A stretch of DNA of 64,000 bases from Thermoanaerobaculia bacterium (GCA_038214715.1 JBBQRP010000021.1:2126-66125), one strand, 5' to 3'; shown: positions 48,901 to 58,700, counted from the first letter of the stretch. Numbers and translations are program-made. The notes: a model not told the origin generated them from the sequence alone.

Positions 48901-49044
48901 GACACGGCCGCTCGCGAGCCCGTCCGCCGTCGTGTAGCTCTTGAGGGGGAGCTGCTCACTCGGGGCGCGCGCGGGAAGGAAGAGGAGGGCCGCCAGCAAA
49001 AGCCGGCGCGCGTCCGGTCCTCTGGCGGCGATCGCGAGTGTCAT
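45952..49044 (-). CDS. Sensor histidine kinase with periplasmic beta-propellers (Reg_prop), Y_Y_Y domain, TM and HisKA_3/HATPase
   Basis: Repeated DGL.S..V..L.ED..G.LW.GT; YQYRL.G; DLHDDIG; EAVTNIARHS; DDGKGF; GNGL.SM. Confidence 0.93.
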   Translation of the reverse strand: MTLAIAARGPDARRLLLAALLFLPARAPSEQLPLKSYTTADGLASGRVRCILADSRGFLWLGTGDGLSLFDGYGFTNYSVEDGLPSASVQALLESRDGAYWIATTRGLVRWEASRVNATLAPVALGPEGSVADVQALVQDRSGAVWAGTARGLFSLHRTAGAWNALPVRLGRDPGEGGDSVVSLLEDRSGFLWAGTENGLYRKAPNGAAERVELPGVAMPHVRTLVEDRHGSVWAGTFFDGLFELSSPRAGARASVLRQLTRGDGLAGHNVTALLETSDGRLWAASYGGVTEISPDRRSVRAYTQAEGLSGLGIWSLAEDRDGNVWIGGDDSGLMRLARDGFRRYGARDGMKSDRVTALFEGPGSLPCAFTRGKTPEEIAGSDGYLECWDGTRFHTGRPRLPAGTKFGWGWQQMMRRDRAGEWWVPTFSGLFRFPAIPLDRLESVPPRRVYTTADGLPSNSVFRLYEDSRGDLWISLLTGESGRLARWDRRSDSIRVYGEADGVPDALPMAFAEDAAGAVWIGFKGGALARHREGRTDVFGEKDGLPGGSVRALLVDAAGRLWIASSRGGVARLDAPADATPRFLTFGKVRGLTGSAASSLAEDRFGRIYAGTEHGLERIDPASDNIQRFTADDGLAPGEIMTTFRDAGGGLWFGSSEGLSRLEPVREKRRASTDVRITRVTLDGVAQPLPPLGDSLVSLPDAAREAAPLEIDFGGIDFAPGGRLRYQYRLVGVDRGWSAPSEKRSVVLARLPGDAYRFQARAIANDGSVGTMAAEVRFTVLPPLWRRPEFVLLALLAATVLGYVLHRNRLRSALAVERVRIRVATDLHDDIGADLSEIAILSELAGKRGESERAPLLIEIGNSARRLVDTMGDIVWSTDPRRDDLGSVVQRIRHFAANALEARGVFWTVESPERFESLSLGPERRREIYLIVKEAVTNIARHSECSRAVLRFRVSANTLSITIEDDGKGFDDPSEASPSVKGSSGNGLASMRARADALGAEFRVESHPGGGTRILLGVPLVAASRRAAW

Positions 49045-49053
49045 GCGGGCCGT

Positions 49054-50883
49054 CTATGGACCGGCCGATGCCGCCCGCGAGATCCCGTCCCCCCGCTTCG
49101 CGAGTCCCGGGATCGTGATCGGCAGCGTGCCGCCGATCGCCGTCTCTCCGAAGAGGGCCTGGACGGCCGCGACCTGGCCGACGTCCTGGCCGCCCCACGC
49201 GCAGAGATACGTGGGGAGGTCGGGAAGGTCCCTGAGGAGGTACGGACTCCCGAACGAAACGGCGACGACGGGTTTGCCGAGCGCCAGTATTTGCGGCAAC
49301 GCCACGAACGCCGCGCGGGGAATGGTGATCTTTCCCTGGCCGGATCGCGTCCTGACGAAGAGTGACACGAGGACCGCGTTCGCGTCCCGTGCGGCGTCGA
49401 CGGCGGCCATCGTCTCCTCGGGCGTCGAGCGCGGATCCAGACGCAGGGTCCTGAGGGACGGGACGCGCAGTTTCAGCTCCGCGGCGAGAGGCCCCGTGGG
49501 CCCTTTCAGGGTCGCCTCGTCCGCGATCACGAGGGAAAGCAGCTTCGTCCCCTTCCGGAGCGGCAGGGCGCCCTTTTCCTCGCGCACGAGCGTGAGGGAG
49601 CGCCGGGCGATCTCGGATTCGAGGTCTCTCGAGGCGGGGGTGTCGACGATTCGGGCGAGGGCGCCCACGAATGGGATTCGATCGTCGTAGAGCTTCAGCT
49701 TCCGCTTGGCGTCGAGGATACGTTTCACGGACTCCTCGAGGCGCGCCTCGGAGACTCGCCCCGACCGAACGGCATCCATCACGGCGACGATTGCGGCATC
49801 CGTGTCGGTCGACATGAGCACCTGGTCCGCTCCCGCCAGAATCGCACGCACCGCGGCTTCGCCCGGCTCGTAGTGGGACGTGATCCCGCCCATCCGCATC
49901 GCGTCCGTCACGACGAGCCCCGTGAAGGCGAGCTCTTTGCGGAGGACGCCGGTCACGATGGGCTGAGAGAGCGTGGCGGGGACCGTGCCTTTCGTCTCGA
50001 TCTCCACACTCTCGCCGATCGCGTCCTCCGGCTTCGGCGGGTTCGCGAGAACAGGCGCGGGGGAGTCGTCGAGCGCGGGCACGGAGACGTGCGCGACCAT
50101 GACGGACCCGGCACCGGCCTTGATGCCGGCGCGGAACGGGACGAGCTCGACGGACTCGAGGCGCGAGCGGTCGGCGCCCACGATCGCGAGCGAGCGGTGC
50201 GTGTCCGTCGCGGTGTCGCCGTGCCCGGGAAAATGCTTGAGCGTCGCGAGGACGCCGCCCGCGGAGAGTCCTTTCACGGTCGCCTCGACGTACCGCGAGA
50301 CGTCCGCGGGGTCCTCGCCGAAGCTCCGCACGTTGATGACGGGATTGTCCGGGTTCACGTTCACGTCCGCGACGGGCGCGTAGACTTGGGCGATTCCGAT
50401 CGCGCGCGCCTCGCGCGCGGTCGCGAACGCGCCGCGCTCGGCGAGGGACGGGTCGCCGGTCGCGGCGATCGCCATCGCCCACGGCGCGTAGGGCACCTCG
50501 TCGAAGCGCATCCCGAGGCCGGCCTCGAGGTCGGCCGAGACGAGGAGCGGGACGCGGGCGAGCTCCTGCAGCTTTCCCACGAGGACGGCGGCGCCGTAGA
50601 CGTTCGACCGGAACAGGATCACGCCACCGACGCGGTTGTCGACGACGTGGTGGCGCAGCTTCCGGAAGTCCTTCGAATCCTCGCTCTGGAATACGCCTTC
50701 CGCCGGCACGACGAAGAGCTGGCCGACCTTCTCGTCGAGCGGCATCGAGATCGCGTGTGGCGCGTCCGCGGTGAGCTGGCCGAAGTCGACCGTGACCGGC
50801 GGAAACGGGTTTCCTCCGCAGGACGCGAGGAGGGCGGAAGAAAGGAGAAGAGCGGCGAGGCGAACGGTCTTGTATTGCATCAT
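49054..50883 (-). CDS. nagZ: GH3 beta-N-acetylglucosaminidase, lipoprotein (NagZ-like)
   Basis: Lipobox LLASC, RSFGED, KHFPGHG..TDTH, VVTDAM. Confidence 0.88.
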   Translation of the reverse strand: MMQYKTVRLAALLLSSALLASCGGNPFPPVTVDFGQLTADAPHAISMPLDEKVGQLFVVPAEGVFQSEDSKDFRKLRHHVVDNRVGGVILFRSNVYGAAVLVGKLQELARVPLLVSADLEAGLGMRFDEVPYAPWAMAIAATGDPSLAERGAFATAREARAIGIAQVYAPVADVNVNPDNPVINVRSFGEDPADVSRYVEATVKGLSAGGVLATLKHFPGHGDTATDTHRSLAIVGADRSRLESVELVPFRAGIKAGAGSVMVAHVSVPALDDSPAPVLANPPKPEDAIGESVEIETKGTVPATLSQPIVTGVLRKELAFTGLVVTDAMRMGGITSHYEPGEAAVRAILAGADQVLMSTDTDAAIVAVMDAVRSGRVSEARLEESVKRILDAKRKLKLYDDRIPFVGALARIVDTPASRDLESEIARRSLTLVREEKGALPLRKGTKLLSLVIADEATLKGPTGPLAAELKLRVPSLRTLRLDPRSTPEETMAAVDAARDANAVLVSLFVRTRSGQGKITIPRAAFVALPQILALGKPVVAVSFGSPYLLRDLPDLPTYLCAWGGQDVGQVAAVQALFGETAIGGTLPITIPGLAKRGDGISRAASAGP

Positions 50884-52196
50884 TCTGCCGGTGTCGGACG
50901 CGTCTCACCCCGAAACAGGTCCTCGAGCGTCCCGCGGCGGCGTATGAGCGTTGCCGTGTCGCCGTCGACGAGGACCTCGGCCGGGAGCGGCCGCGCGTTG
51001 TACGTCGAGGCCATCGCGAACCCGTAGGCGCCCGCGTCCAGGAAGACGACGAAGTCGCCGGCCTTCGGCCGCGGCAGGAGCCGTTCGGCCGCGAGGATGT
51101 CGCCGGTCTCGCACACGTCACCCGCGACGTCGAGCGTTTCCGGCGCGCCCTGCGCCCCGACGACCCGCGCGCGGTGATGCGCCGCGTACATCGCGGGACG
51201 GAGCAGCGTGTTCGATCCCGCGTTCACGTTCACGAACGTCTTGATCGGCGTCGTCTTGACGGAGTTCACGCGCGTCACGAGATAACCCGACGGTGCAACA
51301 AAAAAGCGACCCGGTTCGAGCCAGAGGGCGGGCCGCAGGCCGTCCAGCCCGGCCAGGGCCTCGTCCCAGACCGGCGCGAGCGCCTCGGCGAGAACCTCCG
51401 GGGCGAGTCCCCCCTCGCCGTCGTGGTACGGAACCGCGAGCCCCCCGCCAAGGTCCACGAACTCGAGCGAGAGCCCGAGATCGCGCTTGAGCTCTGCCAC
51501 GAACGCGAGCAGCCTCCGCGCCGTCTCGACGTACCCCTCGGTCTCCATGATCTGGGAACCGATGTGGCAGTGGATTCCCGTGATGAGAACGGACGGGAGC
51601 TCCTTCGCCCGCGCGTACGCGGCCCGTGCAAGGCCGCCGTCGAGGTGGAGGCCGAACTTCGCCTCGGGAATGCCGGTGTTGATGTGGTGGAGCGTGTGGG
51701 GATCGACGCCCGGGTTGATCCGGAACGAGACGCGGACGAGGGTGCCGGCGCTCGCGGCGCAGGCGGCCGCCTGCTCGAGCTCGTCGCGGGAGTCGACGTT
51801 CAGGACGGCCCCGATCTGCACGGCCTTCGCGATCTCCTCCGGGCCCTTGGAAGAGCTCGTGAAGAGGATCTGATCGCCTCTCCATCCGGCACGGAGCGCC
51901 GTCATGATTTCTCCGAGCGACACGACTTCGGGCGCGGCGCCTTCGGCGCGCAGCAGCGCGAGGATCGCGCCGTTCGCGTTCGCTTTGAGCGCGTAGTGGA
52001 TGCGGACGCCCGGGAAGCGCGTCACGAAGGCTTCGCGAAAGGCGCGGAACTGAGACACGATGGAGGCTCGGTCGTAGACGTAGAGCGGCGTTCCGAATTC
52101 CTGCGCGAGTCGCCGGACGGCGGAGAGGGCGGCCGGGTCCGAGGAGCGATCGTCGCGCAGGGCCTGCAGTCCCTCGTGGAGAGTCTGGTCGGTCAC
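50880..52196 (-). CDS. lysA: Diaminopimelate decarboxylase
   Basis: GTPLYVYD, YALKAN, HCHIGSQI, LEPGR, VCETGD, GAYG..MAS.YN.RP. Confidence 0.94.
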   Translation of the reverse strand: MTDQTLHEGLQALRDDRSSDPAALSAVRRLAQEFGTPLYVYDRASIVSQFRAFREAFVTRFPGVRIHYALKANANGAILALLRAEGAAPEVVSLGEIMTALRAGWRGDQILFTSSSKGPEEIAKAVQIGAVLNVDSRDELEQAAACAASAGTLVRVSFRINPGVDPHTLHHINTGIPEAKFGLHLDGGLARAAYARAKELPSVLITGIHCHIGSQIMETEGYVETARRLLAFVAELKRDLGLSLEFVDLGGGLAVPYHDGEGGLAPEVLAEALAPVWDEALAGLDGLRPALWLEPGRFFVAPSGYLVTRVNSVKTTPIKTFVNVNAGSNTLLRPAMYAAHHRARVVGAQGAPETLDVAGDVCETGDILAAERLLPRPKAGDFVVFLDAGAYGFAMASTYNARPLPAEVLVDGDTATLIRRRGTLEDLFRGETRPTPAE

Positions 52197-52243
52197 GCGC
52201 GAGATTGTGCCTCAGCGTCTGCCTTCGCGGTACGATCCATGTG

Positions 52244-52582
52244 ATGCACGTGGAAGTCCGCAAGTCGAAAGACGTCGTGATCGTCGATCTCTCCGGGAAG
52301 CTCCTCGCCGGGATTGGCGACGAGATCCTCCGGAGCGTGGTCAACGAGCTCCTCGCCGAGGGGTGGAAGAAGATCCTCCTGAACCTGTCCGACGTGTCGG
52401 CCATCGACAGCGCGGGCACGGGCGAGCTCGTGGCGAGCCTGAAGATCAGCGAACGATTCGGTGCGAGCCTCAAGCTCTTGAACCTCCACGAGCGCGTGCG
52501 CAAGAGCCTGCATCTCTCGCAGCTCCTTCCGGTCTTCGAGGTGTTCGACGAGGAGACCGTGGCCCTCCAGCACTACGCGTAG
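52244..52582 (+). CDS. STAS-domain anti-sigma factor antagonist
   Basis: LNLSDVSAIDSAGTGELV; ATG 52244. Confidence 0.9.
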   Translation: MHVEVRKSKDVVIVDLSGKLLAGIGDEILRSVVNELLAEGWKKILLNLSDVSAIDSAGTGELVASLKISERFGASLKLLNLHERVRKSLHLSQLLPVFEVFDEETVALQHYA

Positions 52583-52621
52583 GGCCGCCCGAGTTCTCGA
52601 CACTACGCTGAGGGAGGACTC

Positions 52622-52869
52622 ATGGTCCCGTTGCTCATCGCAGCGGCGCTCGCCGCGGCCCCGTGGCCGCGCGTCGCGCTGACCCGCGTCGCCGCCGGCT
52701 TCTCGAGCCCCACACAGGTGACCTCCGCGCACGACGGCTCGGGCCGCCTCTTCGGCCCCCGCGGGAAAACTTTCGACCCTTCCTCGTCTACGGCATCGTG
52801 AACGACGGCGCTTCGCCGGGCGAGGGCACGGGCGACGGGAGCTATCTCGGAATGAGCGGCGTGAAGTAG
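52622..52869 (+). pseudogene. Ghost of a secreted PQQ-dependent sugar dehydrogenase-type gene (5' and 3' ends only)
   Basis: RBS GGAGG and ATG 52622: MVPLLIAAALAAAPWPRVALTRVAAGFSSPTQVTSAHDGSGRLF, stop at 52801. Another frame ends PFLVYGIVNDGASPGEGTGDGSYLGMSGVK*. Confidence 0.65.
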
Positions 52870-52911
52870 CCGCGAAACCTCGCGGGGCCCGGAAGCGTAG
52901 ACTTCTGTGCC

Positions 52912-53241
52912 ATGAGTGGCCGTGTCGTCCGTGTCGCCCTCCTCGTCCTGCTGGCACCACTGGCGCTGGGCGGAGCGTTCGGACACGTCGACGGCGTCGA
53001 GCTTCTCTCCCAGGGCACCCAGCTCTTTGCGCCGGACCATCCGGCGCACGCGCCATTCGTTCCGCAGGCCGAGCACGCATGCGCGGCCTGCGCCGTCTCC
53101 AACCTGACGCCCCCCGCGTCCACACCCGTTTTCCTCACGCCGCCCGCCGTGGCCTCGATCCTCGAGGCGCGCGTCGAGCGGCGGGTCCACGCGCCTGCTC
53201 TCCCGGAGCTTCCCGGCCGATCCCCTCCCGCGATCGCGTAA
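52912..53241 (+). CDS. DUF2946-like (CruR/CutF-like) leader protein with signal peptide, CxxC and C-terminal RSPP
   Basis: Hydrophobic N-terminus, His-rich segment, HACAAC, Pro-rich linker, GRSPPAIA*; directly upstream of a metal RND operon. Confidence 0.8.
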   Translation: MSGRVVRVALLVLLAPLALGGAFGHVDGVELLSQGTQLFAPDHPAHAPFVPQAEHACAACAVSNLTPPASTPVFLTPPAVASILEARVERRVHAPALPELPGRSPPAIA

Positions 53242-53306
53242 CCGTTCACACGCGTCGCCCGCCGCGGAAAGGCGTTTCGCCTTCCGCTTCGAGAACTCAG
53301 GGAGGG
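53223..53306 (+). promoter_or_regulatory. Putative translational attenuator: anti-SD CCCTCCC, SD GGGAGGG and an internal hairpin
   Basis: CCCTCCC at 53223-53229 is complementary to GGGAGGG at 53300-53306; hairpin GCGGAAAGGCG-TTT-CGCCTTCCGC at 53264-53287. Confidence 0.55.
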
Positions 53307-53313
53307 TTCAGTC

Positions 53314-54591
53314 GTGAGCATTCGAAATCCGGCGTGGAAGGCTTTGGTCTTCCTGCCACCGCTCATTTTCGCGGCGGCTCCGGCGGGTGGAGAGGAGCTG
53401 CTGCGCCTCACGAGGGAGCAGTCGATCCAGGAGGCCTTTGCCCGCAATCCCGCATTGCTCGCCGCGCGGGAGCAGGTGGAACAGGCCCGCGCGCAGGTGG
53501 TCGTCGCCGGCGCGTTTCCGGACCCCACGTTTTCGGCCGACATCGCGGGCGAAACCCATCCGTTCAATCCGGCGTCGGGCGCGGGCAGCGACCAGGGACT
53601 CGGCGTGACCGTTCCCTTTCCAGGGAAGATCGGAATGCGGCGGGCCGTCGCCCGGTCGGCGGTCAGCGCGGCCGAGTTCAACCTGATTCAGCTGCGTCAG
53701 CAGGTGGCCTCGCAGGCGGCGCAGGCGTACGACGCGCTTCTCGTGGCTCTTCGGCACCGCGTGGACCTTCTCAAGAGCAAGGAGTTCGCTTCGGACTTCC
53801 TCGACAAGACGCAGGCGCGATTCCTGGGGGGAACGGTCGCGAAGGTGGATGTCCTGAAGGCGCACGTGGACGTTTCGCAGGCGGAGAACGACCTCATCGC
53901 GAACGAGCGGGCGACCGCCACGGCGCGCGCTTCGTTGAACCGCCTCCTCGGTCGCCTGGGCGGTGCGTTTCTGGAACCGACCGACAGCCTCGAGATCCCG
54001 GACGCCCTGCCCTCCCTGGAAACGCTCGAGCAGCTCGCGGAGGCTTCGCGACCGGAGCTCAAGAGCCTCCTCGCCCAGGTCCAGGGGGCGAAGGTCGCGA
54101 CCCGGCTCGCGAAGAAATACTGGGCACCGGACGTCAGTTTCAGCCTGGATCGCAACAACGTCGACGGCATCCCGTCCTCCTTCACGAGCGGAATCTCTTT
54201 CTCCTTTCCGCTCCTCTTCTGGCAGCACGAGAAGGGCGAGGTTGCCGCGGCCCGGCACCGCGAAGCGGAGCTCGCCGCGAACATCAAGGACAACCGGGCC
54301 CAGGTGAGCCTCGACGTGCACAGCGCCTTCGCGAGCGCCTCGACCGCGCTTCGCCAGGCGATCTTCATCCGCGACGAGCTCCTTCCGGAAGCGCAGGACG
54401 TCTATCGCATCGCGGCGGCGAGCTACGGCCTGGGGGGCTCTTCGGCCCTCGACTTCCTCGACGCCAAACGGACCCTGGTCGACGCTGAACGGCAATACGT
54501 CGACGCACTCGGGGCGGCGAACGACGCGGAAGCGGCACTCGAGCTCGCGACCGGAGCTCCACTTCCCAGGAAATCAGGAGACCATTCATGA
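53314..54591 (+). CDS. TolC/CzcC-like outer membrane efflux protein
   Basis: Signal peptide, A.ARNPAL.AAR, FPDPT, Y.LG..S.LDFLDA.R repeats. Confidence 0.9.
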   Translation: MSIRNPAWKALVFLPPLIFAAAPAGGEELLRLTREQSIQEAFARNPALLAAREQVEQARAQVVVAGAFPDPTFSADIAGETHPFNPASGAGSDQGLGVTVPFPGKIGMRRAVARSAVSAAEFNLIQLRQQVASQAAQAYDALLVALRHRVDLLKSKEFASDFLDKTQARFLGGTVAKVDVLKAHVDVSQAENDLIANERATATARASLNRLLGRLGGAFLEPTDSLEIPDALPSLETLEQLAEASRPELKSLLAQVQGAKVATRLAKKYWAPDVSFSLDRNNVDGIPSSFTSGISFSFPLLFWQHEKGEVAAARHREAELAANIKDNRAQVSLDVHSAFASASTALRQAIFIRDELLPEAQDVYRIAAASYGLGGSSALDFLDAKRTLVDAERQYVDALGAANDAEAALELATGAPLPRKSGDHS

Positions 54592-55730
54592 AGCAGCGTG
54601 GCCATCTGAACCCGCGCTCCCCGGGCGCAATCTTCTCCGCTATCGGGCTCGCTCTTCTCACGGCCGCATGTCATCGCGAGGCAGCGGGAGGCGCGGGCGA
54701 GCCGAACACGAAGGTCCCCGCGCTCCGCGACGTACGCACCGAGAAGGTCGCCATCTCGTCTTTCCGGCGGAGCATCGAGACGACGGGAACCGTGGCGTTC
54801 GACCAGAACCGCTCGACCGCGGTGCTGTCGCCCATCTCGGGGCCCGTCACCCGGGTTCTCGTCGAGATCGGCGCGCAGGTGAAGGCGGGCGATCCGCTCG
54901 CCATCGTCCTCTCGCCCGACTTCGCCTCCGCGATGAGCGGACTGCGCAAGGCCGAGGCCACCGCGCGCCACGCCGAACGCATCGCGGACCTCGACCGACA
55001 GCTCTTCAAGAACGACGCGATCTCCCGGCGGGACCTCGAACAGGCCGACACGGACGCCGTGGGCGCGGCCGCAGACCGGGATTCCGCTGTCCAGCAGCTG
55101 CGGAGCATCGGTGTCGACGAGAAGACTCTCGACGAGATCCGGCAGAACCATCCGGTCGCGACTCCCGGCGGGATCATCCGCGCGCCGCTGACCGGCACTG
55201 TGGTCGAGAAGCTCATCTCGCCCGGTCAGCTCTTGCAGGCGGGCACGACCCCGTGCTTCACCGTCGCCGATCTCTCCGCGGTGTGGGTCATGGCGAGCGT
55301 GTTCGAAGCGGATCTTCCGTTCGTCAGGATCGGCGACCCCGCCGAGGTGAGGACGAGCGCCTCGCTCGCGCCGCTGCCGGGAAGGGTCGGCAACATCGCC
55401 GCCCTCGTGGATCCGGCGACGCGTGCGGTCGCCGTGCGCCTCGAGGTGCCGAACGCGGGAAGGGTCCTGAAGAGGGACCTCTACGTACGCGTGTCGATCC
55501 GCTCGCGAACCGAGAGCCGCGGCGTCATGGTTCCCGTTTCGGCCGTCCTGCGCGACGAGGACAACCTTCCCTACGTGTTTACCGCGGCCTCGGACGGCAC
55601 GTTCGCGCGCCACACGGTTCAGATCGGGGCACGGGTCGGTGAGAGCCAGGAGATTACGTCGGGCCTCTCCGCGGGCGATTCGGTCGTCGTCGAGGGAGGG
55701 CTCTTCCTGTCGACGGCGGAGCACTCGTGA
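54588..55730 (+). CDS. RND periplasmic adaptor (CzcB/CusB-like), lipoprotein
   Basis: LTAAC lipobox, SPISGPV, IRAPLTGTV, VADLSAVWV, VDPATR. Confidence 0.9.
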   Translation: MKQRGHLNPRSPGAIFSAIGLALLTAACHREAAGGAGEPNTKVPALRDVRTEKVAISSFRRSIETTGTVAFDQNRSTAVLSPISGPVTRVLVEIGAQVKAGDPLAIVLSPDFASAMSGLRKAEATARHAERIADLDRQLFKNDAISRRDLEQADTDAVGAAADRDSAVQQLRSIGVDEKTLDEIRQNHPVATPGGIIRAPLTGTVVEKLISPGQLLQAGTTPCFTVADLSAVWVMASVFEADLPFVRIGDPAEVRTSASLAPLPGRVGNIAALVDPATRAVAVRLEVPNAGRVLKRDLYVRVSIRSRTESRGVMVPVSAVLRDEDNLPYVFTAASDGTFARHTVQIGARVGESQEITSGLSAGDSVVVEGGLFLSTAEHS

Positions 55731-58700
55731 GCGACTCCGGGTCGGCTCCGCCGCCGGAGATCCGGGAACGGACGGCGACGTCTTTGATCAACGGCGTCGT
55801 GGCGGCCGCCCTCCGCCAGCGATTCGTCTGCGCGTTCCTCTTCGTCCTCCTCGCCGCGGTCGGCGTCGCCTCGTTCCGCCGCCTTCCCGTGGACGCCTAC
55901 CCCGATCTCTCCCCTCCGCAGGTGGAGGTGATTACCCAGTGGGGGGGGCGCGCCGCGGAGGAGGTCGAGCGCCTCATCACGGTCCCGATCGAGGTCGAGA
56001 TGAACGGCGTGCCGAACGTGACGGTCGTCCGCTCGATCTCGCTCTACGGACTCTCGGCCGTTCGCCTGACCTTCGAGAACGGAACCGACAGCTACTTCGC
56101 GCGGCAGCAGGTCTTCGAGCGCCTGCCCGGCGCCTCGCTGCCGGCCGGCGTCACGCCATCCATCGCCCCGCTCTTCTCTCCCTCGGGCCTCATCTACCGC
56201 TACGTGCTCGAGAGTCCCGACCGCTCTCCGATGGAGCTGAAGACGCTGGAAGACTGGGTGGTCGAACGGCAGTACAAAGCGGTGCCTGGCGTCGCGGACG
56301 ACTCGGGCCTCGGCGGCCCCACGATGCAGTACCAGGTTCTTCTCGATCCGGCGAGGGTCGCCGCCGTCGGCCTCTCGGTTCCGCTCGTCGTCGCGTCGCT
56401 CGGCGCCAACAACAGCAACTCGGGCGGGGGCTTCTACTCCCAGGGGGGCCAGTTTTATTACGTCCGGGGGCTGGGCCGTCTCACGACGACCGAGGACATC
56501 GGCAACGTCGTCGTGTCCGTCCACAACGGCACGCCGGTCCTCGTGAAGGACGTCGGCCAGGTCGTCATCGGCGAGGCGCCGCGCCTTGGCCAGTTCGGGT
56601 TCAACGAGCGCGACGAGGCGGTGGAGGGCGTGATCCTCATGCGTCGCGGGGAGCAGGCCCAGGTCGTTCTCGACCGCCTCGAGAAGAAGACGAAGGAGCT
56701 GAACGACTCGATCCTGCCCAAGGACGTCAAGATCCGCCCCTTCTACGATCGGCGGGACCTCATCGAGCTCACGACCGGGACCGTGGAGGAGAACCTGCTC
56801 CGCGGGATGGTGCTCGTCATCGTGGTCCTCGTGTTCTTCCTCTACGACTTCCGCTCCGGCCTCATCGTCGCCATCACGATCCCGCTGTCGCTCCTCTTCG
56901 CGTTCATCTGTCTCGACCTCAAGCACGTGCCCGCCAACCTCCTTTCGATCGGAGCGATCGACTTCGGAATCCTCGTGGACGCGAGCGTCGTCATGGTCGA
57001 GAACGTGTTCCGGCGGATGGCACTGAACGGGGAGGAAGGGAACCGCCTGAGCGTCTCCGAGGTCATCCTGCAGGCGGCGGCCGAGGTGGACCGGCCCATC
57101 TTCTACGCCGTGGCCGTGATCATCGCCGCGTTCCTGCCCATCTACGCGCTCGCGGGTCCGTCGGGCGCGCTCTTCCGTCCGATGGCCGACACGACGATCT
57201 TCGCCCTCGTCGGCGCGCTCGTGGTGGCGCTCACGCTGGTACCCGTGCTGTGCGCCTGGGCCCTCCGGAAGGGTGTGAAGGAGCGGCGGAACGTCGTGTT
57301 CGAGAAGACGCGCGACCTCTACGGGCGCGGTCTCGACAAGTGCCTCGCCCATCCGTGGCGGACGACGATCGCGAGCGTGTTCCTCCTCGCGCTTTCGCTC
57401 CTTCTCGTGCCGGGAATCGGTGCCGAGTTCATGCCCCATCTGGACGAGGGAGCGCTGTGGATCCGCGCCACGATGCCCTCGACGATCTCCTTCGAGGAGG
57501 CCGCGAAGATCTCGCCCCAGGTCCGATCGATCCTGCGGTCCTTTTCCGAGGTCACGGTCGTGGGCTCGGAGCTCGGGCGGCCGGACGACGGCACGGATCC
57601 CACGGGCTTCTTCAACGACGAGTTCTTCGTCGGCTTGAAACCGTACCGGGACTGGAACGGGAAGTACCGTGACAAGAAGGCTCTCGTCGCGGCGATCGAC
57701 GAGAAGCTGAAGGCCTTCCCCGGAATCGTCTTCAACTTCACGCAGCCTGCCGAGGACGCCGTCGACGAGGCCGAGACCGGCCTCAAGAGCGCCCTCGCGG
57801 TCAAGGTCTTCGGGCCGGACCTGTCGATCCTGGAATCCCGCGCGAACGCGATCAAGAGCGTGCTCGCGAAGGTCCGCGGAATCGGCGAAGTGTCCGTCGT
57901 GCGGCAGCTCGGGCAGCCGAGCCTCACGGTGACGATCGATCGCGCGAAGATCGCCCGCTACGGCCTGAACGTGGCCGACATCAACGGCCTCGTCGAGGCA
58001 GCGGTAGGCGGCACGGTCGCAACCCAGGTCGTGCAGGGAGAGAGGCTTTTCGACCTCGTCGTGCGGCTCAGACCGGAGTTTCGGCAGACCCCGGCCGCCA
58101 TCGGCAATATCCTCGTGGCCACGCCGGGCGGCCAGCAAGTGCCCCTGCGGGAGCTGGCCGACGTCCGCGTGGTCAGCGGCGCATCTTTCGTCTATCGCGA
58201 GAACAACTCCCGGTACATCGGCGTCCAGTACTCGGTCAAGGGCCGCGATCTCGCCGGCGCCGTCGAGGACGCAGAGCGTGAGGTGTCCCGGGCGGTGTCC
58301 GTTCCGACGGGATACCGCATCGTCTGGGGTGGCGAATACGAGAACTACACCGCGTCGAAGAAGCAGCTCCAGGTAATCCTGCCCGTGACGCTGCTCGTGA
58401 TCTTCATGCTGCTCTTCATGCTCTATTCGAACTTCAAGTTTCCGGTGATCACGGTCGCCGCGGTCCTTCTTTCGGCGCCGATCGGTGGGCTCCTCGCGCT
58501 CAAGCTCTCCGGGACGCCCTTCTCGGTCTCGTCGGGCATCGGTTTCATCGCGCTCTTCGGCGTCTCCGTCCAGACGGCCGTGATATTCATCTCCTATGCG
58601 AACGAGCTTCGAAAGAAGGGGATGGGAATCCTGGAGGCGACGCGTGAGGCCGCAATCCTCCGCCTTCGCCCCATCATGATGACCGGCCTCGTGGCCGCGT

